Counted from the stretch's first letter, positions 8,787 to 18,437 are shown. The stretch is 64,000 nucleotides of DNA from Clostridia bacterium (GCA_017559855.1 JAFYQP010000068.1:5636-69635); one strand, 5' to 3'. Translations and numbers: made by a program. Notes: generated by a model from the sequence alone, not told the origin.

Positions 8787-10148
8787 TTAAGCATTAAGAG
8801 CATCGTGTACTTTTAACATAATCGCACACTCAAGTCTTTTTCGCTCTAACTCACAACCTAGTTCATATGAATCTTCCAAGTTTCCGTTCATATTTAGGTT
8901 AGCCGCACTGCAACCGCCGCTACAATAGAATTTAGCCCAACATTTTTTGCAAGATTCGCGAGTGCAGATATTGTAACCCATGAATTCATCGGAAATCTTT
9001 TTGTCAAAAGTATCGTCGCACACATTACCCATACGATACTCTTCCTTGCCGACGAATTGATGACAAGGATAAACGTCGCCCTCGGGAGTAACAGCGGCAT
9101 ATTCATACCCTGCCCCGCACCCACGTATGCGTTTAATAACACACGGACCTTGTTCTAAGTCAACCATGAAGTGGAAGAAATTGAAATCACGTCGCTCTTT
9201 CATTATTTCGGCAAGTTTTTCATATTCAGCAAAGATTTTTTCTTTATCGCAGTCTTGTAATGCATATAAACAACCCTCCTCTGCCGTTACCGGTTCGACG
9301 GAGAGCTGGTCGAAACCTAAATCTGCAATATGAAGCACGTCTTCGGTAAAGTCGAGGTTGTCGCGGGTGAATGTTCCACGCACGTAATAATCAAGAGATT
9401 TATCACGTGAGTCTATGAGTTTTTTGAATTTGGGAACGATATATTCGTAACTGCCGTCACCGCTTACGGTCTTTCTCATTTCATCGTTAACCTCAGGTCG
9501 TCCATCAAGTGAAAGGACAACATTAGACATTTCGCTATTAATATAGTCAATGTATTCCTGATTAAGAGCAAGTCCGTTCGTAGTTATGGTAAAACGAAAA
9601 TTCTTATTATGAATCTTCCCCTGCTCTTTTGCATATTCGACCGCTTGTTTTACAGAGTCCATTGCCATAAGTGGTTCGCCACCGAAGAAATCAATTTCTA
9701 TATTACGACGATTCTGTGATCGTGCAATAACAAAATCTATTGCTGCTTTAGCGATTTCGGGAGTCATAAGTTTTCTTCCCGTACCGAAATCGCCGGTGGA
9801 TGCAAAGCAATACTTACAACGCAGATTACAGTCATGTGAAATATGCAGACAGAGTGCTTTAAGCGGCGGATTTTCAGGGAATGCACGGTTTACATCTATA
9901 TAGTCATCATCTGCAAATAAAAGGCCGTCTTTTGCCAGAGAAAACAATTCCCTGTAAGCATTTTTGCAAGAATCGGCATCAAGCACATCTTTTAATTTAT
10001 CAATAATACTTTGCGGACAGATATCATCAACGGGCTTTGACGGAATTAATTCAAGTACACGGTATGCTGCATCATCCAACGCATGAACTGCACCACTATT
10101 TACGTCAACGGCTATGTTGTACCCGCCTTGTTTATATGTATGTACCAT
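8787..10148 (-). CDS. scfB: radical SAM/SPASM peptide maturase, SCIFF type
   Basis: Has CNLRCKYC (the CxxxCxxC radical SAM cluster motif) and a Cys-rich C-terminal SPASM region (CKKCWAKFYCSGGC). It lies 73 nt downstream of a SCIFF precursor ORF. Confidence 0.85.
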   Translation of the reverse strand: MVHTYKQGGYNIAVDVNSGAVHALDDAAYRVLELIPSKPVDDICPQSIIDKLKDVLDADSCKNAYRELFSLAKDGLLFADDDYIDVNRAFPENPPLKALCLHISHDCNLRCKYCFASTGDFGTGRKLMTPEIAKAAIDFVIARSQNRRNIEIDFFGGEPLMAMDSVKQAVEYAKEQGKIHNKNFRFTITTNGLALNQEYIDYINSEMSNVVLSLDGRPEVNDEMRKTVSGDGSYEYIVPKFKKLIDSRDKSLDYYVRGTFTRDNLDFTEDVLHIADLGFDQLSVEPVTAEEGCLYALQDCDKEKIFAEYEKLAEIMKERRDFNFFHFMVDLEQGPCVIKRIRGCGAGYEYAAVTPEGDVYPCHQFVGKEEYRMGNVCDDTFDKKISDEFMGYNICTRESCKKCWAKFYCSGGCSAANLNMNGNLEDSYELGCELERKRLECAIMLKVHDALNA

Positions 10149-10180
10149 TTAAATAAAACCTCACATAGTAAGAGTAAAAC

Positions 10181-10200
10181 GGGTTGCCATGCGGCAACCC
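10181..10200 (-). terminator. stem-loop between scfA and scfB (possible partial terminator or processing site)
   Basis: An 8-bp GC-rich stem gggttgcc / ggcaaccc with loop atgc. On the minus strand it is followed by GTTTTAC, a weak U-tract. Confidence 0.4.
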
Positions 10201-10221
10201 GTCGTCTTCGCATAATAGAAA

Positions 10222-10365
10222 TTACTTCTTGTTCTCACACTTCTGATTAGCAACGGTGCAAGAAGTTTTGCAAGCAGACTGACAAGAGGTCTGGCATTCG
10301 CCACAACCGCCCTTGCATGCACTTTCCTTTAATACTGCGGAATTGATTGTCTTAACGTGGTTCAT
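10222..10365 (-). CDS. scfA: SCIFF (six-cysteines-in-forty-five) ribosomal peptide precursor
   Basis: A 47-codon ORF below the track cutoff: MNHVKTINSAVLKESACKGGCGECQTSCQSACKTSCTVANQKCENKK. The GGCGECQTSCQSACKTSC core is the SCIFF signature. A GGAG RBS lies upstream of the start, inside the 3' end of the preceding gene. Confidence 0.9.
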   Translation of the reverse strand: MNHVKTINSAVLKESACKGGCGECQTSCQSACKTSCTVANQKCENKK

Positions 10366-10367
10366 AA

Positions 10368-10799
10368 TTACATTCTCCTTTGTTTGTTTTTTATCTTATG
10401 GCGTTTCGGCGTAGCCAAGGCGGATATAACTCCACCGACCACCGAACCGACCATACCTGCAATTAAACAATGTACGTCGAAATTTTGCGGAATAATCCTT
10501 AAAAAGATTATCATTCCCATAACATAGCATATCACAACATTGAAAACACCTTGACAAAAAGAAGTAAACAATGCGTGACCGTGAACTTTTGCAATTAAGC
10601 CTCCGGATATAAGCGATGCAATAAACAAACTCACTACACAGGCGAATTTCGCAAAAGATTCAGGCAATATTTCTGTAGAGATCAAAACAGAAAACAGAAA
10701 CACAAGTAAAAGTGAAAGCAAAGTTGCGACCACGCTATAAATCGTGTGTGCTGCTATGGTACCAACAAGGCTCTGTTGGCTTTTTTCGACTTTTCTCAA
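10368..10799 (-). CDS. small 4-TM membrane protein (YrzE/TIGR04086-like)
   Basis: 143 aa with four hydrophobic helices and a basic C-terminal tail. TTG start with a GGGGAG RBS 8 nt upstream. The position between yajC and scfA is typical for this family, as I recall. Confidence 0.5.
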   Translation of the reverse strand: MRKVEKSQQSLVGTIAAHTIYSVVATLLSLLLVFLFSVLISTEILPESFAKFACVVSLFIASLISGGLIAKVHGHALFTSFCQGVFNVVICYVMGMIIFLRIIPQNFDVHCLIAGMVGSVVGGVISALATPKRHKIKNKQRRM

Positions 10800-10867
10800 A
10801 ATGAATTCTCCCCTTTTGGATAAGATATACCTAATTCTTATTCAAAAGAGTACGATAAAATTACTGA

Positions 10868-11236
10868 TTATTCACCTGCTGATTCGGTATTAGTATCTTC
10901 AGTTGTAGAAGTTTCCTCAACTGTCTCTTTGGTACCGATTGCCCAACGAGCAAATTTAATTTCAACACCGTCTTTGCCGGTTCTGATAGCGACTATGTTG
11001 TCGTCATTGTTAATGTACGCAATCTCACCGATTATACCGCCGATAGTGGTAACGGTATCGCCGACTTTAAGAGAATTACGCATTGCATCAATTTCTTTCT
11101 TGCGTTTCTTCTCCGGACGGATAAGGAAGAAATAGAAAACAACAAAAATGAGGATAACAGGAAGAAACATTCCCATAAGAGAACCTTCCTGAGTTTGTGC
11201 GGCAGAATCTGCAGCGGTTAAAAGTAAATTAAACAT
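10868..11236 (-). CDS. yajC: preprotein translocase subunit YajC
   Basis: FLPVILIFVVFYFFLIRPEKKRKKE followed by GDTVTTIGGIIGEI. The GGAGG RBS favours the MFNLL start at 11236. Confidence 0.85.
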   Translation of the reverse strand: MFNLLLTAADSAAQTQEGSLMGMFLPVILIFVVFYFFLIRPEKKRKKEIDAMRNSLKVGDTVTTIGGIIGEIAYINNDDNIVAIRTGKDGVEIKFARWAIGTKETVEETSTTEDTNTESAGE

Positions 11237-11301
11237 AGCATATACCTCCAATACTTTAATATATATAATAACCTATTATGGCAAAAAATACAAGTAAAAT
11301 T

Positions 11302-12438
11302 TTAAGAGTTTCTTTTATCAATTTTTCCTGACCATTTTTGACGGAATTCATCGAAGGTGTCATTGTCAATGGCTTCTCTTATTTGTGCCATAAGTGTATT
11401 GTAGAAATGTAAATTGTGTTGCACCGCAAGACGCATCGCAAGCATTTCGTCCGCCTTGAACAGATGGCGTAAATATGCTCGTGAATGAGATTTGCATGTC
11501 GGGCAGTCACAAATTGGATCAATCGGGCTGTCATCTAATTTATACTTCTCGTTTTTAATGTTAATGGTTCCTGATGACCATGTGTAGAGATGGCCGTGTC
11601 TTGCGTTTCGCGCCGGCATTACGCAGTCAAAAAAGTCTACACCTCGTGCCACGGCTTCAATAATATTACTCGGCGTACCTACGCCCATCAAATATCTGGG
11701 TTTATCAACGGGCATATGCGGCTCAACTGCATCAATTATACGATACATATCTTCGGTGCTCTCACCTACCGCCAGACCACCTATGGCATATCCGGGAAGA
11801 TCTAGTTTTGCTATATCTTGCATATGCTTAATTCGTATATCCTCATATACTCCGCCTTGATTTATTCCGAAAAGAACTTGCCCCGGATTTACGGTGTCAG
11901 GCAAAGAATTAAGTCTTGCAAGTTCTTCCTTGCAGCGTTCGAGCCACCTTGTAGTTCGTGCACAGGATTTCTCGACATAATCCCTCGGCGACGGATTCTC
12001 TATACATTCGTCAAACGCCATTGCTATATCAGATCCCAAATTGGACTGAACTTGCATAGATTCTTCCGGCCCCATAAAAACTTTTCTGCCGTCAATATGA
12101 GAAGCGAAGGTTACACCCTCTTCTTTAATTTTGCGAAGTCCGGCAAGAGAAAACACCTGAAATCCACCACTATCGGTTAGGATCGGACCATCCCAATTCA
12201 TAAACTTATGAAGTCCACCCATTGCCTTAACGACATCAGAGCCGGGGCGAAGATGGAGATGATAAGTGTTTGATAATTCAACCTGACAATGTATATTTTT
12301 CAAATCATCGGCACTAAGTGCACCTTTAATTGCCGCTTGTGTGCCAACATTCATAAAAACAGGAGTTTGTATAACTCCGTGCGGCGTATGAAATTCGCCA
12401 CGACGAGCTTTTCCCTGAGTCTTGTGTAGCTTAAACAT
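11302..12438 (-). CDS. tgt: queuine tRNA-ribosyltransferase (tRNA-guanine transglycosylase)
   Basis: DSGGFQV motif and zinc site CDCPTCKSHSRAYLRHL. The start is MFKLHKTQGKARRG. Confidence 0.9.
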   Translation of the reverse strand: MFKLHKTQGKARRGEFHTPHGVIQTPVFMNVGTQAAIKGALSADDLKNIHCQVELSNTYHLHLRPGSDVVKAMGGLHKFMNWDGPILTDSGGFQVFSLAGLRKIKEEGVTFASHIDGRKVFMGPEESMQVQSNLGSDIAMAFDECIENPSPRDYVEKSCARTTRWLERCKEELARLNSLPDTVNPGQVLFGINQGGVYEDIRIKHMQDIAKLDLPGYAIGGLAVGESTEDMYRIIDAVEPHMPVDKPRYLMGVGTPSNIIEAVARGVDFFDCVMPARNARHGHLYTWSSGTINIKNEKYKLDDSPIDPICDCPTCKSHSRAYLRHLFKADEMLAMRLAVQHNLHFYNTLMAQIREAIDNDTFDEFRQKWSGKIDKRNS

Positions 12439-12446
12439 AAAACACC

Positions 12447-13466
12447 TCAATAAATAAACATAGCGTCACCGAAACTAAAGAAACGGTATCGCTCTTTAAT
12501 TGCAACTTCGTATGCAGTTAGAGTATTTTCTCTTCCCGCAAGTGCCGACACAAGCATTATAAGAGTGCTTTCGGGAAGATGAAAATTAGTTATAAGTGCA
12601 TCGAGAACATGGAATTTATATCCGGGATAAATAAATATGTCGGTGAAACCACTTTTTCTTACAAAATTACCATTCTCATCGGTTGCCGATTCGATTGTTC
12701 TGCAAGATGTTGTTCCTACTGCAATTACTCGACCGCCCTTTGCTTTAGATTCATTGATTATGGCGATAGATTCGTCGGAAATTTCAAAATACTCACTATG
12801 CATCTTGTGGTCAAGAATATTTTCATCTTTAACCGGACGGAACGTGCCAAGACCGACGTGTAACGTGACGAAGGCACATTTTATGCCTTTTTGTCGGATA
12901 GCATCAAGCAGTTCATTTGTAAAGTGAAGACCGGCTGTAGGTGCTGCAGCACTACCCACATTGCGAGAATATACTGTTTGGTAACGCTCCGGATCATTTA
13001 ACTGTTCATGTATATATGGCGGTAGCGGCATTTTCCCAAGTTGTTCCAATACCTCAAGAAAAATTCCGCTATAATGGAATTTTATATGTCGGTTACCGTT
13101 CACCTCTGCCACAACCGTTGCAGTTAACAGTCCGTCACCAAATACCATTTTCGTTCCTGTTCTTGTTTTCTTTCCCGGTCTGGTCATACATTCCCACACA
13201 CTATCACCTAAATCACGGAGAAGTAAAACTTCAACCGCGCCACCCGTCTCCCGTGTGCCGATAAGTCTTGCCGGAAGAACACGTGAATCGTTAAGAACGA
13301 GGCAATCGCCGGGTTTTAAATATTCAAGTATGTCCGAGAAGTGTTTGTGAGATATATCTCCGCTTTCTTTACATAGAGTGAGAAGACGGGAAGAATCACG
13401 CCTATCCAGAGGTGTCTGTGCGATTAATTCCTCAGGAAGATCAAAATAAAAATCACTTTTTTTCAT
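12447..13466 (-). CDS. queA: S-adenosylmethionine:tRNA ribosyltransferase-isomerase
   Basis: N-terminus [13 protein letters not shown], then LPPYI and the conserved C-terminal [10 protein letters not shown]. Sits in the usual queA-tgt-yajC order. Confidence 0.9.
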   Translation of the reverse strand: MKKSDFYFDLPEELIAQTPLDRRDSSRLLTLCKESGDISHKHFSDILEYLKPGDCLVLNDSRVLPARLIGTRETGGAVEVLLLRDLGDSVWECMTRPGKKTRTGTKMVFGDGLLTATVVAEVNGNRHIKFHYSGIFLEVLEQLGKMPLPPYIHEQLNDPERYQTVYSRNVGSAAAPTAGLHFTNELLDAIRQKGIKCAFVTLHVGLGTFRPVKDENILDHKMHSEYFEISDESIAIINESKAKGGRVIAVGTTSCRTIESATDENGNFVRKSGFTDIFIYPGYKFHVLDALITNFHLPESTLIMLVSALAGRENTLTAYEVAIKERYRFFSFGDAMFIY

Positions 13467-13469
13467 TAA

Positions 13470-15125
13470 CTATTCCTCATTTGTTATTGTTACATCCGTA
13501 TAATAAAAATGGATAATTTCTTGTGCTGTAAAACCTAAATCTGCCATATCGGCAGCACCCTCTTGGCTTAAGCCAACATTATGCCCCCATCCTCTGCCGG
13601 ATATCACAAAGTTTCCGTTACCTGAACTCTGACCACCGCCTGAAAAGGTTTTTATGCCATCTGATGTGATAACGGAAATGTTGTTTCCCTGAAGTTGAGA
13701 TGATCCGAATTTGCCAACAGCCCATGCTTCTATGTTTAAAAGATCGAAATCACTTGCGTTGTTAACTCGCATTACAAGAGAGGATGCGTTTGTACCACCA
13801 TTGCGAGTTATAGTGTATCTTTGGCTTCGGGTATGTTTGTCAAGAGACGAACTGTTAATTATGGTCCTTGCTCTTTCACGATTAAATACCCAATCTCTTC
13901 CATTGATATCGGTATATGTTACTCTTAGAACATTGCCGAGCGCTGTGTGTTCAACTTTTGCGTCACAAATTAGTGCTGCGTCGTAGCCTTTTGAATTAAG
14001 AATATCGGTCAGCTGTTTCGGTGTGTATTCATAAGACCATACTCCGTTGTAAGCATTTTCGGTTTTCTCGTACGGATCAATTTTGCCCTTTAAATATGGA
14101 ATTTCGCTACCCCATACGTTTTTTGCATCCTCGGTAGCACCACCGTCGCAGGAGTGGAATACCGCATTTATTGGACGACCATTGTATAAAATGTACTGTC
14201 CTTCCGTCTCGTCAACGGCACGGTTTGTAGTAGCATTTGCACGTTCCATTCCTCTGTATGCCTGACAATGTGTGCCCGCACAAATGTCAAATTCCGAACC
14301 GTGTTTACCCATGTTGTAATAAGCATACGTACGTGCACATAACGCTTGTGCTTTCAATGCTTCCAAAGGATCGCTGGGATACATTTCCCAAGGAAGAACG
14401 CCCTTTAAATAATCTTGCATCGGCACAACGTTAACAACGGTAATGTTTCCACCGTTTCTTACGTATTCAAATGCACCGGGGAATTTCATTGCTTTAAACC
14501 ATGTGATTGGCATAGCCACTTCGCCCTTGGTAGGATTAACCGCAAGATAAGAATTAGTTCCGCCATCATACTCGAAAATAATTTCGCCGGTTTCAGTGTT
14601 ATATACACTTACAGCGGTTTTTGATGCACCCACAACCGTACCGCCGATTTGTACACGGACGGACTCTGCGTCGTTTTCAGTAGTGAAAGCACCGAGACGG
14701 ACGCGGTATGTTCCGTTTATGTACGCAATAAAACCCTTATATCCCTGATTTGCAAAACCCGCAAGAGCGTTCTCGGCGGATGTTAAATCATTAAATTGTG
14801 ACGTGCACTCAATGTGATATGCACCTAAAACCTTAGCACCTTGTGTGGAGTCGTTGGTATAAAACTTACCGTCTTTATGCCAAAGATTTTGGTCGTTGGT
14901 CATCGTAATCTTCCCTGCACTCGTATAAAAACATTGTATGAAGGTAAGAGTACTGTCATAAAAACCAAGTCTGTAGCCCTCCCCGTTCGTCACCTGTAGA
15001 TTAGCGGTGGGCATAGCATCTTCTTCGTAGTAGAGACCAACTCGAAGCACCGGATTGACATCTGTTGCCAAGCATATGGTTGTTAATATAAATATAAAGG
15101 CAAGAAAAGATAATATTTTCTTCAT
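13470..15125 (-). CDS. SpoIID/LytB domain protein with SPOR domain
   Basis: Signal peptide, a SPOR-like segment (GYKGFIAYINGTYRVRLGAF), and a SpoIID core (QAYRG, FHSCDGGATE, GHNVGLSQ). Confidence 0.75.
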   Translation of the reverse strand: MKKILSFLAFIFILTTICLATDVNPVLRVGLYYEEDAMPTANLQVTNGEGYRLGFYDSTLTFIQCFYTSAGKITMTNDQNLWHKDGKFYTNDSTQGAKVLGAYHIECTSQFNDLTSAENALAGFANQGYKGFIAYINGTYRVRLGAFTTENDAESVRVQIGGTVVGASKTAVSVYNTETGEIIFEYDGGTNSYLAVNPTKGEVAMPITWFKAMKFPGAFEYVRNGGNITVVNVVPMQDYLKGVLPWEMYPSDPLEALKAQALCARTYAYYNMGKHGSEFDICAGTHCQAYRGMERANATTNRAVDETEGQYILYNGRPINAVFHSCDGGATEDAKNVWGSEIPYLKGKIDPYEKTENAYNGVWSYEYTPKQLTDILNSKGYDAALICDAKVEHTALGNVLRVTYTDINGRDWVFNRERARTIINSSSLDKHTRSQRYTITRNGGTNASSLVMRVNNASDFDLLNIEAWAVGKFGSSQLQGNNISVITSDGIKTFSGGGQSSGNGNFVISGRGWGHNVGLSQEGAADMADLGFTAQEIIHFYYTDVTITNEE

Positions 15126-15154
15126 TTCTCACAAACTCCTTGTCGTGAATTTTA

Positions 15155-15183
15155 TTGACATACATTATAAAATGTGATAGTAT
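15155..15183 (+). promoter_or_regulatory. candidate sigma-A promoter of the lysine riboswitch leader
   Basis: TTGACA (15155-15160), 17-nt spacer, TAGTAT (15178-15183). Confidence 0.5.
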
Positions 15184-15205
15184 ATTTACAATTAAATATC
15201 ATAGT

Positions 15206-15370
15206 GATAGAGGTGCGAAAATCATGAGTAAAAACAAGTAGAGAACCGAGAACTCGCAGACTTGTTTTGAAAGGGACTATCGCCGAAGAGGGATATGTCC
15301 GGTCATGTCTTTTCTGGGTGCAGGGTGAATAATTCTGCAACTGTCATTGTACGCACAATGAAGAGCTATC
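15206..15370 (+). promoter_or_regulatory. lysine riboswitch (L-box) aptamer
   Basis: GATAGAGGTGCGAAA..GAGTA..GAAAGGG..TCGCCGAAG..CTGGGTGCA..ACTGTCA..GAAGAGCTATC matches the conserved L-box helices and junction nucleotides. P1 is GATAG/CTATC. It lies upstream of asd-dapA-dapB. Confidence 0.85.
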
Positions 15371-15423
15371 CGTTTCTGTAATTTCTCCCATTCGACATCC
15401 TAGTATATTATATTACAAAAACG

Positions 15424-15457
15424 GTCGGTTTTTCAACCGACTTTTTTATTTTTTTAG
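15424..15457 (+). terminator. intrinsic terminator downstream of the L-box aptamer
   Basis: Stem gtcggtt / aaccgac with loop tttc, followed by TTTTTTATTTTTTT. Confidence 0.65.
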
Positions 15458-15617
15458 ATTCAGGTACCAATTTTTTGTAATTGCATAAAATAAAGTGTCT
15501 ATATAGTGCAAATAAGATTAAAATCCTAGTAATTAAACACGATAAAGTTTACTGAAAATATTTGGGATAACACACGTTTGTGTTAAAATATAGAATTTAT
15601 AACCCGGAGGTAATAAA

Positions 15618-16697
15618 ATGAAAAAATACAACGTTGGAATTGTCGGTGGTACCGGCATGGTAGGTCAGCGATTCGCTACCCTTCTTGAAAACCATCCCTG
15701 GTTTACCGTAAAGGTAATTGCTGCATCTCCCAGAAGTGCAGGCAAGACATATGAGGAAGCGGTTGGTAACCGTTGGGCTATGACAACTCCCATGCCTGAG
15801 AGTATGAAGAATCTTATTGTTATGGATGCAACTGCAGACGTTGAAAAAATTGCGGGTATGGTTGATTTCGTATTCTGTGCAGTTGATATGAAAAAGGATG
15901 AAATTCGTGCCCTTGAAGAGCGTTATGCAAAGGCAGAATGTCCGGTTGTTTCAAACAACAGCGCACACAGAGGAACTCCTGATGTTCCGATGATCATACC
16001 GGAAATCAATGCAGACCACGCAAAGATCATCCCTGCACAACGCAAGAGACTTGGCACAAAGCGAGGCTTTATCGCTGTTAAGTCAAATTGTTCTCTCCAG
16101 AGTTACGTTCCTGCATTACATCCGCTTATGGACCTCGGTATCACCAAAGCACTTGCGTGTACTTACCAGGCAATTTCCGGTGCAGGAAAGACTTTTGATA
16201 CTTGGCCGGAAATGGTAGACAACGTTATCCCCTACATCGGTGGTGAGGAAGAAAAATCCGAGAAAGAACCGATGAAGATATGGGGTACAATCGAAGGTGA
16301 CGAGATCGTTAATGCAACCACTCCGTCAATTACGGCACAGTGTTTACGCGTACCTGTTTCAGACGGTCATATGGCTGCAGTATTTGCTTCCTTCGAGAAG
16401 AAAATTGAACTTGATGAAATCATTGCCCGTTGGGAGAATTTCAAAGGACGTCCGCAGGAACTTAATCTTCCCACTGCACCCAAGCAGTTCTTGCACTATT
16501 TTACCGAGGATAATCGTCCCCAGACAAAGAGCGAACGCAACTTGGAAAACGGTATGGCTGTTTCCATCGGCAGACTTCGTCCTGATACTCAATACGATAT
16601 CAAATTTGTATGTCTTTCACACAACACTCTTCGTGGTGCAGCAGGCGGTGCTGTTTTAGTTGCCGAACTTTTATGTGCAGAAGGATATATCGACTAA
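15618..16697 (+). CDS. asd: aspartate-semialdehyde dehydrogenase
   Basis: GIVGGTGMVGQRF Rossmann motif, active-site region SNCSLQ, 359 aa. GGAGG RBS. Confidence 0.9.
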   Translation: MKKYNVGIVGGTGMVGQRFATLLENHPWFTVKVIAASPRSAGKTYEEAVGNRWAMTTPMPESMKNLIVMDATADVEKIAGMVDFVFCAVDMKKDEIRALEERYAKAECPVVSNNSAHRGTPDVPMIIPEINADHAKIIPAQRKRLGTKRGFIAVKSNCSLQSYVPALHPLMDLGITKALACTYQAISGAGKTFDTWPEMVDNVIPYIGGEEEKSEKEPMKIWGTIEGDEIVNATTPSITAQCLRVPVSDGHMAAVFASFEKKIELDEIIARWENFKGRPQELNLPTAPKQFLHYFTEDNRPQTKSERNLENGMAVSIGRLRPDTQYDIKFVCLSHNTLRGAAGGAVLVAELLCAEGYID

Positions 16698-16717
16698 TTT
16701 TAGAAAGGTTGAATTAA

Positions 16718-17611
16718 ATGAAAACTCCTGTATTTACCGGTGCTAACGTTGCTATAGTTACTCCCCTAACCCAAGATGGTATTGATTTTGAAAGCCTTGG
16801 TAATTTAATTGAGTTCCAAATCAATGGTGGCATTGATTCTATCACCATTTGCGGAACAACTGGTGAGTCTTCTACTCTTTCTCACGAAGAACATTGTGAG
16901 GCTATTGAATATTGTGTTAAAAAGGTAGCAGGACGTGTTCCTGTTATCGCAGGAACCGGCAGCAACGATACCGCGTATGCCCTTGAACTCTCAAAATGTG
17001 CCGAGAGTGCCGGAGTTGACGGTCTCCTTATGGCAACTCCTTATTACAACAAAACTACCCAGCGTGGTCTTGTTGCACACTACAACTATTTGGCTGACCG
17101 CTTGAATACTCCGATTATTCTATATAACGTTCCGTCACGTACAGGTCTTTCTTTTACTGCTGATACATATTTTGAACTTTCCAAGCATCCTTTGATTAAT
17201 GGTGTTAAAGAAGCAAGCGGCAATTTCTCTCTTATGGCAGAGACTATGGCTCTTTGCGGCGATAATCTTAATATGTGGTGCGGTAATGATGACCAGACAG
17301 TGCCGATGCTTGCACTTGGTGCAAAAGGTGTTATTTCTGTTTTTGCAAACGTTCTTCCCGGTGTTATGTCAAAGATTTGCAAACTTTTCTTTGAAGGAAA
17401 AGTCAAAGAGAGTAATGAACTTGCACTTAAGCATTTTGACCTTATGGATCGCCTCTTCATTGAGGTCAATCCCATCCCTGTCAAAGCGGCACTTAAATTA
17501 ATGGGTATGGATAGCGGTATTTTACGTCTTCCCCTTTATGAGATTTCCGATTCCAACCTTGCTATTCTCAAAAAGTCTATGCAGGATGTTGGTATTCCGT
17601 TAGCAGAATAA
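16718..17611 (+). CDS. dapA: 4-hydroxy-tetrahydrodipicolinate synthase
   Basis: GTTGES motif, Schiff-base lysine context GVKEASG, 297 aa. Confidence 0.9.
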   Translation: MKTPVFTGANVAIVTPLTQDGIDFESLGNLIEFQINGGIDSITICGTTGESSTLSHEEHCEAIEYCVKKVAGRVPVIAGTGSNDTAYALELSKCAESAGVDGLLMATPYYNKTTQRGLVAHYNYLADRLNTPIILYNVPSRTGLSFTADTYFELSKHPLINGVKEASGNFSLMAETMALCGDNLNMWCGNDDQTVPMLALGAKGVISVFANVLPGVMSKICKLFFEGKVKESNELALKHFDLMDRLFIEVNPIPVKAALKLMGMDSGILRLPLYEISDSNLAILKKSMQDVGIPLAE

Positions 17612-17632
17612 AAATCACAGGATGTGTTACCG

Positions 17633-18403
17633 ATGATAAAAATCTTACTTTCAGGATGCAATGGCCGTATGGGCCGTGCAATCTGCGATATTTGTGCAAA
17701 TCGTGATGATTTGAAAATTGTTGCAGGTCTTGATATCAATACAACAACGTTCTACGACTTCCCCGTTTATGACGATATACATAAAATCTCTGAAGTTGCA
17801 GATGTTGTTATCGATTTCTCCAATCCGCAAGTTTTGAAATCTCTTCTTTCATACTGCGTTGATAAAAAACTTCCCGTAGTTATTTCGACCACAGGTCACT
17901 CTGAAACACAAATCGCAGAAATAACCGCCGCATCTAAAATAATCCCCATTTTTCGTTCAGGCAATATGTCTCTCGGCATAAATGTTTTGCTTATGCTCGT
18001 TGAACGTGCGGCCACAATTTTAGGCGACACTTTCGATGTTGAGGTAATAGAAAAACATCACAACCAAAAAGTAGACGCTCCAAGCGGTACGGCACTCATG
18101 ATAGCTGACAGATTAAAAGAGTCTCTACCCTATGATGCTGAATACGTTTATGACAGACATACCGTGCGTCAAAAACGTGACCGTAAAGAGATTGGCATTC
18201 ATTCAATCAGAGGCGGAACAATTGTAGGTGAGCATGAGGTAATTTTTGCCGGACGCGATGAAATCGTGGAAATCAAGCATACTGCTCAATCCCGTGAAGT
18301 GTTTGCCGCAGGTGCGGTTAAAGCCGGTGCTTTTCTCGCAGAGTGCGATGTCCCCGGCCTTTACAATATGGACGACTTGGTACGTAAATTCATCAATCTT
18401 TAA
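17633..18403 (+). CDS. dapB: 4-hydroxy-tetrahydrodipicolinate reductase
   Basis: GCNGRMG and EKHHNQKVDAPSGTA signature. ATG 17633 (MIKILLSG) is preferred over the GTG at 17624. Confidence 0.9.
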   Translation: MIKILLSGCNGRMGRAICDICANRDDLKIVAGLDINTTTFYDFPVYDDIHKISEVADVVIDFSNPQVLKSLLSYCVDKKLPVVISTTGHSETQIAEITAASKIIPIFRSGNMSLGINVLLMLVERAATILGDTFDVEVIEKHHNQKVDAPSGTALMIADRLKESLPYDAEYVYDRHTVRQKRDRKEIGIHSIRGGTIVGEHEVIFAGRDEIVEIKHTAQSREVFAAGAVKAGAFLAECDVPGLYNMDDLVRKFINL

Positions 18404-18404
18404 A

Positions 18405-18437
18405 ATAAAAAAACGAAGCGGAGCGCTTCGTTTTTTT
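18405..18437. terminator. bidirectional intrinsic terminator (dapB / DtxR-like gene)
   Basis: A 10-bp stem aaacgaagcg / cgcttcgttt flanked by an A-run and a T-run. Confidence 0.75.

Noticed and set aside
15152-15340. A 62-aa minus-strand ORF in the asd upstream region.
   Set aside because: It overlaps the lysine riboswitch aptamer on the opposite strand and has no independent support.
15392-15398. Spo0A-box-like TTCGACA between the L-box aptamer and its terminator.
   Set aside because: It is a single 7-mer, and several such matches are expected by chance in 64 kb on both strands.
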